Of a stretch of 64,000 nt of DNA, positions 55,704 through 64,000 are shown in pieces. The notes beneath the pieces were generated by a model. The model did not search any database and was not told the DNA's origin. It saw only the letters and a program-made list of their open reading frames with translations. Source of the stretch: Planctomycetota bacterium (GTDB lineage: Bacteria > Planctomycetota > GCA-002687715 > DRQF01); assembly GCA_041402125.1 (NCBI GenBank), contig JAWKSY010000011.1, positions 5,977 through 69,976 of the forward strand. The letters run 5' to 3'. A program made the position numbers and the translations under genes. Each line of letters opens with the position of its first letter. Within the stretch, counting starts at the first letter, position 1.

Positions 55704-58037
55704 TCAGCGCGGCAGGAACAGCTCCGAGTCCCAGTCGCGGCGCAGCGCGCCGGCGAGGACCTCCTCACGGTACCAGCGGCGCCAGGCCTCGAGGGCGGCG
55801 GCATTGTCCGCCGGTTCCGCGCCGGCCTCGAAGCCGAAGTCGCGCCCGCCGCTCGCGCGCCGCAGGAGGTCGAGCGACTCCTCGGCGCTGAAGTAGGCGA
55901 CGTCGGGGCGACCGAGCGCCTCGACGAGCGCGAGGAGTCCCTCGCGGCGACCGACGCGGATCATCGCGCGGGCGCCGCGGAGGGCGACCTCGGCGTCCGT
56001 CGGGTGGGCCGCGAGCTTGGCGAGGTACTCGCCGGCCATCGGCGAGTCCGCCAGCACGCGGCGCAGCGCCTCCGCCGCGGCCGCGCCCACGGCGGGTTCG
56101 GAGTCCGCCGTGGCGTCGACGAGCGCGGGCACGAGCTTCGCGTCGACGTACTCCAGCGCCGCGATCTCGCGCGCGGCGGCGGCGCGCCGCTCCGCGTCGG
56201 GGTCTCCCGCGAGCTTCACGAGCGCGGCGTTCCGGCGCTCCTCGAGCGAGGGACCGGAGGCGCCGGCGGCGCCTCCGTGCGTGTGTCCCGCGGTCACGGC
56301 CTGCTCCTCGAAGTTCGGCCAGGGGAAGACCCAGAGGGCGAGGACGATCGCGCCGATCGCCAGCGCGTGGACGAGACCCGCGATGGCCCAGCGGAGGGGC
56401 GCCGCGAGCGCGCCGAGCCGGGCGAGGCCGAGCAGGGCGACGAGCGAGATCGCGACGGTCTGGGAGGCGGGGAGATCCTGCGAGCTCGCCGCGATGTAGC
56501 CGATCATCGTGCCCGCGAGGGCGGCCGAGACCGCGAGGCGGGTCGCGTCGCCCAGCCGGCGCCCGAGGGCGAGGCCGGCGAGCGGCGGCACGACGAGGAA
56601 GGCGAAGACGAGCACGAGCCCCATCACGCGCAGGGCCAGCGCGACCGCGATCGCGATCGAGCCCAGCAGCATGAGCTGGTAGCGTCGCTCCGGCAGCCGC
56701 AGGACCCGGGCGAACTCCGGATCGTAGGAGCAGAGCAGGAACTGTCGCCGGTAGATGAGGTGCACCACGCCGACGGCGACGACGCCGAACCAGAGGAGGA
56801 AGAGGTCGGCGCTGTTCGACAGCAGCACCTGGCCGGCGAGGACGTTCTGGAGCTCCTTGAGTCCGTTCGCGCTGCGCCAGACGAAGAGCACCGCGCCGGC
56901 GGCGGCGGCCACGAAGACGAGGCCGACGAGCGCGTCGGGACTCGAACGGTGTCGGTGCGGGCGGACCTGCAGTCCGAAGGCGCCGAGCAGGCTGAAGAGC
57001 ATGCTGCCCGCGGTCGGTCCCCAGCCCGCCGCGGCGGTGCGGACGGACAGCGGGGCCCAGCTCGCGCCGGCGATGAAGAAGGCGAAGCCGACGCCGGCCG
57101 CGGCGAGCTGCGCCAGCGCGACGCCGGTGAAGACGATGCGACGCATCACGGTGAAGAGGCCGAGGTAGGCCATGAGGGCGGCCGCGCCGAGCGTGGCCGC
57201 GTAGGCGTCGCCCGAGTGCCGGAGGACCTCGATCGCGAGGTCCCAGTTCTCGCGCAGGCTCAAGACTCCCTCCCCGCTCACGAAACGACGCCCGGTCTCC
57301 GAGACGAAGACCTCCACCGGGATGCCGTAGAGGCGCTCGAGGTGCTCGCCGGTGAGGATGCGCTCGGCCTCGTCCACGATGAGCCGGCGCTCCGAGAGCA
57401 GGGCGATCGTGTGGGCGTAGCGCGCCACGACGGGCAGGATGTGGCTGACCATGACGACGGTGCGGCCGTCGCGGTGCAGGCCGCGCACGAGCTCCATGAC
57501 CTCGTACTCGCCGCGCAGGTCGAGATCGTTGGTCGGCTCGTCGAGGATCAGGATCTCGGGCTCGGAGACGAGCGCGCGCGCGACGAGCACGCGCTGCTTC
57601 TGTCCGCCCGAGAGCTCGCGGAAGAGACGGTCGCGCATCGCCAGCATGCCGCAGGCCTCGAGGGCGCCGAGCACGCGCCGGCGGTTGCCCGCGACGTCGA
57701 TCTCCTCCGCCACCTCCTCGAGTCCGAGGAGGCCCATCGCCACGACCTCCTCCGAGGTGAAGGGGAAGATCGGGTCGAGCTGGCTCCGCTGCGGCGAGTA
57801 GCCGAGAGTCGCCGCGACGCGGACGCGGCCGCCCATCGGCTTCAGGGTGCCGAGGATCGTCCGCAGGATCGTCGTCTTGCCCGATCCGTTCGGCCCGACG
57901 ATCGCGATGAAATCGCCGCGTCGGATCGCGAGGTCCACCTTCTCGACGAGGGGCTTGCCGCCGTAGCCGACGCTCGCCCCCTCGAGGTGGACGAGCACGT
58001 CGTCGGCGGGCGGGGACTCTTCGGTCGCCCCGCTCAC
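55704..58037 (-). CDS. Fused metal (Zn/Mn-type) ABC transporter: ATPase plus ABC-3 permease plus a HEAT-like repeat tail
   Basis: Walker A GPNGSGKTT, signature LSGGQKQRVLVARAL, Walker B LILDEP. This is followed by 8-9 TM helices of ZnuB/TroC type and a helical tail of about 200 aa (repeats such as AAAAREIAALEYVDAKLVPALVDA). Confidence 0.8.
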   Translation of the reverse strand: MSGATEESPPADDVLVHLEGASVGYGGKPLVEKVDLAIRRGDFIAIVGPNGSGKTTILRTILGTLKPMGGRVRVAATLGYSPQRSQLDPIFPFTSEEVVAMGLLGLEEVAEEIDVAGNRRRVLGALEACGMLAMRDRLFRELSGGQKQRVLVARALVSEPEILILDEPTNDLDLRGEYEVMELVRGLHRDGRTVVMVSHILPVVARYAHTIALLSERRLIVDEAERILTGEHLERLYGIPVEVFVSETGRRFVSGEGVLSLRENWDLAIEVLRHSGDAYAATLGAAALMAYLGLFTVMRRIVFTGVALAQLAAAGVGFAFFIAGASWAPLSVRTAAAGWGPTAGSMLFSLLGAFGLQVRPHRHRSSPDALVGLVFVAAAAGAVLFVWRSANGLKELQNVLAGQVLLSNSADLFLLWFGVVAVGVVHLIYRRQFLLCSYDPEFARVLRLPERRYQLMLLGSIAIAVALALRVMGLVLVFAFLVVPPLAGLALGRRLGDATRLAVSAALAGTMIGYIAASSQDLPASQTVAISLVALLGLARLGALAAPLRWAIAGLVHALAIGAIVLALWVFPWPNFEEQAVTAGHTHGGAAGASGPSLEERRNAALVKLAGDPDAERRAAAAREIAALEYVDAKLVPALVDATADSEPAVGAAAAEALRRVLADSPMAGEYLAKLAAHPTDAEVALRGARAMIRVGRREGLLALVEALGRPDVAYFSAEESLDLLRRASGGRDFGFEAGAEPADNAAALEAWRRWYREEVLAGALRRDWDSELFLPR

Positions 58038-59140
58038 TTCTCCGTCGCCGCCTTCTCGATCAGGCCGACCTCGCGCGCCGCCCCCTCGATCTCGTCGAAG
58101 ATCGCGTCGAGCATCGAGACGAGATCCTTCGCCGCGGCGCTCTCGCCGGGCTGCGTCGGGAGGATCCGCGCCGCGGCGCCGATGCGGCTCGCCGCGCCCT
58201 CCACGTTGCGGGAGGGGTAGTAGGGCGGCGAGAGCACGATGCGCGCGTTCTTCTCCTTCGCCAGCTCCGCGAGCCGCACGAGGTGGACCGGCGAGGGCTC
58301 GACGCCCGGCTTGCTCTCGACCGTGCCCACGACCTCGAAGCCGAAGGCGGATTCGAAGTAGCTCCAGGTGCGGTGGTAGGTGACGAGCTTCAGGTCGCCG
58401 AGCGCGAGGGCGCGGCCGAGGAAGCCTCCGGCCCGGGCCGCGAGGGGCTTCCCCTTGTACTTCTTCGACTTCAGGAAGGGGATCAGGCCGCGCTGACGGT
58501 GGAGCTCCTCCAGGCGTCGCGCCGGGATGAGGGCGAGGAGTTCCTTGCCGAAGGTCGCCTCGTCGAGCTCCTTCTCGAAGGCGATCCGGTTCGCCGCGAG
58601 CGTCGCCGTCTCGCGGTGCAAAAGGACGGCGAGCGAGCGCTCGACGTTGCGCGCGGCGATCTTCAGGTTGACGGGATCGAGCCAGACGTGGGGGTTGCCC
58701 GCGCGGTGGACGTGACCTCCCGCCGCGAGCGTGGCCGCGTCGGGCACCTCGACGGCGACGATGCCGTTCGTCGCGTAGCAGTGGCCGCGCTGCCCCGGCA
58801 TGAGCTCGGCGTTCCCCGCGTTCTGGAGCAGGCTCGTGCTCCAGCCCTCTAGTTGCATCCCGTTCTCGACGAAGAGGCGAGCCTTGGAGACGCGGACGAT
58901 GTTCTCCGGCGTCGGCTCGATGAAGTGCGGGTCCTGCCCCGGCTTCGCGAGCACGCTCACGGTGACGAAGTCGCCGCCGACCCGCTCGACGATCTCGCCG
59001 AGGTACGGGAGCGTGGCGACGACGGGGATCTTCGCGGGCGCGGCCGGCTCCTGCGGGAGGAGGATCGGCGCGGCGAAGCCGACGACGAGGGCGGTGATGA
59101 CGACGAGCTCGAGCACGCCGATGGACGTCGATCTACGCAT
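58034..59140 (-). CDS. Metal ABC transporter substrate-binding protein (ZnuA/TroA family)
   Basis: VVATLPYLGEIVERVGGDFVTVSVLAKPGQDPHFIEPTP, NPHVWLDP and TYHRTWSYF. The ATG at 59140 lies 4 nt after the upstream stop. Confidence 0.8.
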   Translation of the reverse strand: MRRSTSIGVLELVVITALVVGFAAPILLPQEPAAPAKIPVVATLPYLGEIVERVGGDFVTVSVLAKPGQDPHFIEPTPENIVRVSKARLFVENGMQLEGWSTSLLQNAGNAELMPGQRGHCYATNGIVAVEVPDAATLAAGGHVHRAGNPHVWLDPVNLKIAARNVERSLAVLLHRETATLAANRIAFEKELDEATFGKELLALIPARRLEELHRQRGLIPFLKSKKYKGKPLAARAGGFLGRALALGDLKLVTYHRTWSYFESAFGFEVVGTVESKPGVEPSPVHLVRLAELAKEKNARIVLSPPYYPSRNVEGAASRIGAAARILPTQPGESAAAKDLVSMLDAIFDEIEGAAREVGLIEKAATEK

Positions 59141-59144
59141 GGAC

Positions 59145-60971
59145 TCAGTTCCCCTCCCCATCGCGCTTCACCGGCGCGGGCGTCTCCGTCGGCGCCGCGG
59201 GCGCCGGGTGGTGGTGCCCCTCGCCGGGGCCGTGATCGTGGCCGCAGTCGCTGCAGCTTCCCTCGTGGTCGGCGTCGCCGACGACCTTCAGCCCCGCCGC
59301 GCCCGATTCGATCGCGGCGTCGAGATCGCCGAGGAGGGCCTCCAGCTCGGCGTCCTCGCCACCCGTCGGGCGACCGGCGGCCGCGAGCATCTCGTCGAAG
59401 ATGCGCGCCATCATGCCGCGCGGCCAGAGCTCCTCGTGCGGCGCGCGGAGGTCGCGGTGGTCGCGCCCGGGCACGATGAGGACGTCGGCGGCGCCACCGC
59501 GGGCCGCGAGGTCGGCGCCGAGCAGGCGCACCGCTCCGTCCAGGAAGTAGGTGTCGCGGTCTCCGACCCACACGTGGAGCTTCCCGCGGAGGCGCGGCTC
59601 GAGGTCGCGCCAGTTCTCGCGGAGGCGGAAGCCGATGTCGTAAATCCGCCAGGACTGCGCGACCTCGGGGTCGATCGCGCCCGTCTCGCGGTCGAAGAGG
59701 GGCATCGGTCGCCCGTCCTCGCCGCGGGGCGAGAAGACCGCCTCGAAGCTCGCCATCTGGCCGCCGTGATCGGCGACGCGGAGCTCGCCCCGGACGTACT
59801 CCTCGAAGGTCATCGCCGTCCGCCCCTCGAGGCGGACGAGCGGCCGCGCGTCTCCCTGCGGATCGCGATAGACGTTCGCGTCGTCGTAGAGATCGATGCC
59901 GCTGAAGTCGCGGAAGTCGACGGGGTCGGGCGCCGTCGACCACACGCCGCCGAAGGTGTCGGGGTAGGCGACCTGGAGCCAGAGGGTCGACCAGCCGCCG
60001 CTGGAATGGCCGGTGAGGAAGCGATTGGTCGGCGCGCGGAGGCCGCCGAGGGAATTCTCGACCGCGGGGATGAGCTCCTCGACGAGCGCCCGGCCGCGGG
60101 GGCCGTTGTTGACCGAGTCGGCGAAGGCGTGGTGCCCGAGGCCGCAACCGGCTTCGAGGAAGACGTAAAGGAGTCGCGGGTACTCGCCGGAGGCGAGCTT
60201 GTCGCTCCAGTCGCGCCAGGCGCGGAAGGGCGTCCAGTGGTCGCCGCCGAAGCCGTGTACGAGGTAGCAGACGGGGAGCATCTCGAGCCCGTCCCAGTCC
60301 GCGGGGGCGACGACGGAGGCCTCGAGGCGGATCTCGCGGCCGAAGAAGCGCGAAAGCAGATCGGAGCGCACGCGGACGAGCTGCGCGGGGGCCTCGAGGA
60401 AGCGCCGGTCCGAGATCGCGGTGCGCCAGGTGGCGTCGGGGTCGGCGGGTCCGAGGTCGTTGAGTCGCACGTCGTCGATCCACACCGGCTCGTCGCCCTC
60501 GTGCGCGAGGGTGATCCGGAACTCGGTGGCGTCGCGGGCGACCTCGGCGACGATCTCCTGGCGCGTCCACTCCGCCCCGGTGGCGGGCCAGTCGCGGAGA
60601 GAGTCGGCGAAGCCGCGTCCGTGGCCGGCGCGATCGATCTCGAGACCGAGCCAGGATCGGGTCCGCTCGGCGAGGACGGGGACGCGCACGGCGGCGGAGA
60701 GACGGATCGTGCGACCGCGCCAGGGCGCGGCGTCGAGGCGGCGCACCACGACGCGCGGCGCGAGCGCGAGACCGGCCTCGGCCCGCTCGAGCCGGAGGCA
60801 GGCGCGGCCCTCCGCGGGGGCGATCTCCTCCCGCGCGACGGTCAGGCCGCGCGCGCCCTGCCAGGCCTCGGAGAGCTCGGCCTCGAAGCCGTCCCTCAGG
60901 ATCGGCTGCTGCCCGGCGAGCGGGAGGGCGGACAGGCAGAGGACCAGGGCGGCGAGCAGGCGACGGGACAT
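59145..60971 (-). CDS. Secreted esterase-family protein (esterase D/enterochelin-esterase-like) with an N-terminal CBM-like domain and a His/Cys-rich tail
   Basis: Signal peptide. LPVCYLVHGFGGDHW. Nucleophile elbow FLTGHSSGGWSTLWL. The tail reads HEGSCSDCGHDHGPGEGHHHP. Confidence 0.7.
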   Translation of the reverse strand: MSRRLLAALVLCLSALPLAGQQPILRDGFEAELSEAWQGARGLTVAREEIAPAEGRACLRLERAEAGLALAPRVVVRRLDAAPWRGRTIRLSAAVRVPVLAERTRSWLGLEIDRAGHGRGFADSLRDWPATGAEWTRQEIVAEVARDATEFRITLAHEGDEPVWIDDVRLNDLGPADPDATWRTAISDRRFLEAPAQLVRVRSDLLSRFFGREIRLEASVVAPADWDGLEMLPVCYLVHGFGGDHWTPFRAWRDWSDKLASGEYPRLLYVFLEAGCGLGHHAFADSVNNGPRGRALVEELIPAVENSLGGLRAPTNRFLTGHSSGGWSTLWLQVAYPDTFGGVWSTAPDPVDFRDFSGIDLYDDANVYRDPQGDARPLVRLEGRTAMTFEEYVRGELRVADHGGQMASFEAVFSPRGEDGRPMPLFDRETGAIDPEVAQSWRIYDIGFRLRENWRDLEPRLRGKLHVWVGDRDTYFLDGAVRLLGADLAARGGAADVLIVPGRDHRDLRAPHEELWPRGMMARIFDEMLAAAGRPTGGEDAELEALLGDLDAAIESGAAGLKVVGDADHEGSCSDCGHDHGPGEGHHHPAPAAPTETPAPVKRDGEGN

Positions 60972-61100
60972 GGCGAGGACCTCCGGACCGGCGTTCTCGT
61001 GGCCGCGAACTCTCGCGGGTCGCCGATTCTAAGCCCTGATCGCGCGGGCCTCCAATCGGCCCGCTCGCCCCGTCTCCGGGTGGTTTCCGGACCCGCGAGA

Positions 61101-61126
61101 GGGCGTCACCGCACGCGGCGACGCCC
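61101..61126 (-). terminator. Hairpin downstream of the 61145..61603 gene
   Basis: GGGCGTCACCGC/GCGGCGACGCCC form a stem of about 11 bp with one mismatch and a small loop. There is no U-tract. Confidence 0.3.
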
Positions 61127-61144
61127 CCCTCGCGGTCGGTCGGA

Positions 61145-61603
61145 TCAGCTCCGGGGCTCGTCGCCCGCGGGCTTGTCCTTGGCCGGCTTCCGGGGCTTGT
61201 CCTTCGCCGGCTTCTTCGGCGCCGGCTTGTCGCCCTTCTTCGGCTTGGCGGCCTTCTCCCGCTCCGACTTGATGAAGGCCTCCGCCATCGCCTCCGAGTC
61301 GAAGGTCTTCGGCCCGACCTTGAGGACGGTCTTCGCCGGCCGGGCCTCCTCGAAGGGCTTCTTGGCCTTGGCCGCCTCCTTCTTGCGGGACTCCCAGGCG
61401 GCGAGCGCCGCCTTGTCCTCCTCGGCCACGCGCTTCTTGAGGGCGGCGACCTCGGCCTTCGGGACGACCTGCCAGACCTCGTTCTTCTGCACCGCGCAGT
61501 AGACCGTCTTCTCGGCCTTCGGCGCGGGATGAGGGTCCTGGCCGAAGGCTCCGGCCACGAGGACGAGAGATGCGAGGAGGGCGAGGGACGCGCGCGTGCG
61601 CAT
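61145..61603 (-). CDS. Small secreted Lys/Ala/Pro-rich protein
   Basis: Signal peptide MRTRASLALLASLVLVAGAFG. The C-terminal part has KPAxK-type repeats (KPKKGDKPAPKKPAKDKPRKPAKDKP). Confidence 0.6.
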   Translation of the reverse strand: MRTRASLALLASLVLVAGAFGQDPHPAPKAEKTVYCAVQKNEVWQVVPKAEVAALKKRVAEEDKAALAAWESRKKEAAKAKKPFEEARPAKTVLKVGPKTFDSEAMAEAFIKSEREKAAKPKKGDKPAPKKPAKDKPRKPAKDKPAGDEPRS

Positions 61604-61695
61604 GGGGCATGGCTCCGTGGGGGGATCGGGCGGGGGGCGGCCGCGCCGGCGCGAACTGCGCCGGCCGCGGCTCCCCTTCCGACGGAGGAGCCGTG

Positions 61696-61711
61696 GCAAG
61701 TTCCGGGCCAA
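61696..61711 (-). promoter_or_regulatory. Sigma-54-type (-24/-12) promoter candidate
   Basis: The minus strand reads TTGGCCCGGAACTTGC. This has GG-N10-GC spacing and matches 12 of 14 defined positions of YTGGCACGrNNNTTGCW. It lies about 95 nt upstream of the ATG at 61603 and directly downstream of a sigma-54 activator gene. Confidence 0.45.
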
Positions 61712-61744
61712 TCCGCGGCCGCGGCGCGAGGGGGGCCGCGGCCG

Positions 61745-63142
61745 TCAGACGCGGAAGTCCTCCTTGCGGATCCCGAGGCGGCGCAACGCGGCGTAGAGCG
61801 AGCGGGGATCGACGCCCGCCGCGGCGGCGGCCCGGCCGACGCGTCCCCGCTCGCGACGCAAGAGGGCGGTGAGGTAGCGTCGCTCGAAGGCGTCGACGAC
61901 GACCCGGCGCGCCTCGGCCAGCGGGATCTCGAGGAGGTCATCGCCTCCTTCCTCCGCCCCTGAGGCGGCCATCTCGGCGGCGACGGAGGAGGACGGACGC
62001 GCCGCGAGGTCCTCCCGCCGGATCCGGGCCCCGTCCCCCAGGATCAGCGCGCGCTCGAGGACGTTCTGGAGCTCGCGGACGTTGCCCGGCCAGTCGTGGC
62101 GCGCCAGCTCGTCCAGGGCCTCGTCGTCGATCGCGACCGCGGCGCGGCCGAGGCGCGGGCCGATGACGTCGAGGAGGCGACGGGCGAGCGCGGGGACGTC
62201 CTCGCGGCGCTCGCGGAGCGGCGGGACCTCGAGCGTGACGACGGAGAGCCGGAAGTAGAGGTCCGCCCGGAGCCCGCCGTGATCCGGCTCCCCGACGGGG
62301 CGGTTCGTCGCCGCGATGATCCGGACGTCCAACGTGAGGTCGCGCTCGCCGCCGACGCGTCGGATCTCGCGCTGCTGGATGGCCCGGAGGAGCTTCACCT
62401 GGAGATGCGCGGGCAGCTCGGCCACCTCGTCGAGGAAGAGCGTGCCGCGGTGGGCGTGCTCGAAGAGCCCCCGTCGCGACCGCGTCGCGCCGGTGAAGGC
62501 GCCCTGCTCGTGCCCGAAGAGTTCGCTCTCGAGGAGGGCCTCGGGGATGGCGCCGCAGTTGACCGCCACGAAGGGGCCGGCGGCCCGCGGCCCGGCCGCG
62601 TGGATCGCGCGGGCGAGGTGGTCCTTGCCGACGCCCGTCTCGCCCGAGATCAGGACGGTGCTCTCGCTCCGCGCCACGCGGCGGGCGAGGTCGTGGAGCC
62701 GCGCCCCGGCGAGGGAGCGGGAGCGGAAATCCGCCAGCGAGAGTTCGACCGCGGGTCCGGACGGCGGGCGCCGGCGCTCCCGGGCGAGGCGGGACACGAC
62801 GGCGGCCAGGGCCTCGCGGAGGAGCGCATCCGCGAGGCCGGCCGCGAGCACTTCGTGGGCGCCGGCCGCGAGGAGCCGCGCGTGTTCGGCGAGGTCGGTC
62901 GCGGCGGTCAGGACGACGAGGACGGGGGCGTCCGGCAGTTCGCGGAGGAGGGCGAGGCGCGCCGCCGGATCCGCCCCGAGCGCCGCGTCGTCGAGGACGA
63001 CGAGATCGGCCACCACCTTCGGATCGAGGCTCTTCCGGCCGGGGGGTGCGAGGTCGACCTCGGCGTCGCCGGGGGCCAGGAGTGGCGGGAGCCGGCGGCG
63101 GAGGTCCGGGTCCTCGCAGGCGACGAGGAGGTGGAGAAGCAT
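61745..63142 (-). CDS. Sigma-54-dependent transcriptional activator (NtrC-family enhancer-binding protein)
   Basis: AAA+ Walker A GETGVGKDHLARAIH, the GAFTGA motif, Walker B LFLDEV, and a C-terminal Fis-type HTH. The N-terminal receiver-like domain (DLVVLDD, VVLTAA) has no obvious conserved Lys. Confidence 0.85.
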   Translation of the reverse strand: MLLHLLVACEDPDLRRRLPPLLAPGDAEVDLAPPGRKSLDPKVVADLVVLDDAALGADPAARLALLRELPDAPVLVVLTAATDLAEHARLLAAGAHEVLAAGLADALLREALAAVVSRLARERRRPPSGPAVELSLADFRSRSLAGARLHDLARRVARSESTVLISGETGVGKDHLARAIHAAGPRAAGPFVAVNCGAIPEALLESELFGHEQGAFTGATRSRRGLFEHAHRGTLFLDEVAELPAHLQVKLLRAIQQREIRRVGGERDLTLDVRIIAATNRPVGEPDHGGLRADLYFRLSVVTLEVPPLRERREDVPALARRLLDVIGPRLGRAAVAIDDEALDELARHDWPGNVRELQNVLERALILGDGARIRREDLAARPSSSVAAEMAASGAEEGGDDLLEIPLAEARRVVVDAFERRYLTALLRRERGRVGRAAAAAGVDPRSLYAALRRLGIRKEDFRV

Positions 63143-63343
63143 GGCGGACGCTCCGATCGGGCACGTTCTTCCGAAATCATCGGCAATCTCGTTCCGAAAT
63201 GCCACCCCACCCCCGGGGGGATAGCCGAACGCGATGACGCCGCGTGACGCCCGAATCACACGACTCCCCCCTCCCCGCCGCCTTTCTGCGAAGCTTCCCC
63301 CCGAGTCGCGCGTGGAAGACCCAGCCCCTCGGGAGTGTCCGAC

Positions 63344-64000
63344 ATGAAATCTCTCGTCGTCCGTCTCGGTGCCCTCGCCGCCCTCCTCGTCCCGGCCGCC
63401 GCGATGGGCCAGGGAGAGGCCGCCAACGTCTCCGGCGGAGCATTGATCCCGGAGCAGGCCGCCTACGACGTGCGGCACTACGATCTCGCGCTCCGCGTCG
63501 ACCCGAAGTCACGCAGCATCGAGGGCACCCTCGGGGCGCGGCTGCGCCTCGTCCGGGAGGGCGCGAAGCGACTCGCGCTCGACCTCGATTCGGCCCTCTC
63601 CCTCCGCGAACTCCGCGTCGACGGCGTCGTCACCGCGGCCGAGCGCCGGGGCGACCGGTTCTTCTTCGAGCTCGCCGCGCCCGCGAAGGTCGGCGCGGAG
63701 GTGAAGGTCGCGGTGGCCTACGGCGGGCGCCCCCGCGTCGCGCCGAATCCTCCCTGGAAGGGTGGGTTCACCTGGGCGAAGACGCCCTCCGGCAAGCCCT
63801 GGATCGCGACGAGCTGCCAGGGCGAGGGCGCGGACCTCTGGTGGCCCTGCAAGGACCACCCCTCGGACGAGCCGGATGAGGGCATGGACTTGCGGATCGA
63901 GGTCCCGGAGGGCCTCGTCGTCGCCGCGAACGGGACGCTCGCGGGCACCGAAGCCGCCGGGGAGGGCTGGACCCGCTATCGCTGGCGCGTCGCCAATCCC
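63344..64000 (+). CDS. Peptidase M1 (aminopeptidase N-like), 5' partial at the window end
   Basis: I translated this myself. It is not in the track because it runs off the window end. Signal peptide, then YDVRHYDLALRVDPKSRSIEGT and SCQGEGADLWWPCKDHPSDEP, typical of the M1 N-terminal domain. Confidence 0.75.
   Translation, partial: MKSLVVRLGALAALLVPAAAMGQGEAANVSGGALIPEQAAYDVRHYDLALRVDPKSRSIEGTLGARLRLVREGAKRLALDLDSALSLRELRVDGVVTAAERRGDRFFFELAAPAKVGAEVKVAVAYGGRPRVAPNPPWKGGFTWAKTPSGKPWIATSCQGEGADLWWPCKDHPSDEPDEGMDLRIEVPEGLVVAANGTLAGTEAAGEGWTRYRWRVANP

Noticed and set aside
61693-61708. Plus-strand reading of the same site as a sigma-54 promoter (TGGCAAGTTCCGGGCC)
   Set aside because: The site is near-palindromic. 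The plus-strand version has a poor -12 element (GGGC instead of TTGC) and points into the 3' end of the activator gene. The minus-strand reading is preferred.
58800-61941. ORFs 58800..61502 (900 aa) and 58957..61941 (994 aa)
   Set aside because: They are shadow frames over the znuA-like, esterase and Lys-rich protein genes.

Overview
The window is very GC-rich (about 70% or more by eye), gene-dense bacterial chromosomal DNA. I found no rRNA, tRNA, CRISPR array, cas gene, transposase, integrase or phage gene. About 50 protein genes can be supported. Most sit in tightly packed operons whose stop and start codons overlap by 4 nt (GTGA/ATGA).

Recognisable content:
- Polyphosphate genes: a ppk with an extra C-terminal region, convergent with ppx.
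- A Sir2 deacylase.
- Two Ser/Thr kinases, one fused to an FGE-sulfatase domain.
- A phnDCEE phosphonate-type ABC importer.
- A Znu/Tro-type metal ABC cluster.
- Two ECF sigma factors, each paired with a zinc-finger (ZAS-type) anti-sigma factor.
- A sigma-54 enhancer-binding protein.
- An ABC-F ATPase and an RluD-like pseudouridine synthase.
- An amidase, an S10 carboxypeptidase and a partial M1 aminopeptidase.
- FG-GAP/VCBS repeat proteins and a 1223-aa secreted beta-helix repeat protein.

This gene mix resembles Planctomycetota, Myxococcota or Gemmatimonadota, but I cannot assign a taxon.

Most notable observations:
1. Two thioredoxin-fold genes are each interrupted by a single in-frame TGA exactly at the redox-motif position, and each TGA is followed by a hairpin at SECIS-like distance. 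Both are candidate selenoproteins. One heads an ECF sigma / ZAS anti-sigma operon.
2. A family of REPIN-like palindromic repeats occurs at four intergenic loci. It has two subfamilies, and the paired arms show compensatory base changes. The repeats bracket two secreted-protein genes. Every copy of the core carries a GG-N10-GC motif resembling a sigma-54 -24/-12 promoter.
3. A separate good sigma-54-type promoter lies directly downstream of the sigma-54 activator gene.
4. Two genes show -1 frame breaks at the same GCTTCCC context.

Limits: all family calls come from motif recognition by eye, with no searches run. Coordinates of hairpins and repeats may be off by 1-2 nt.
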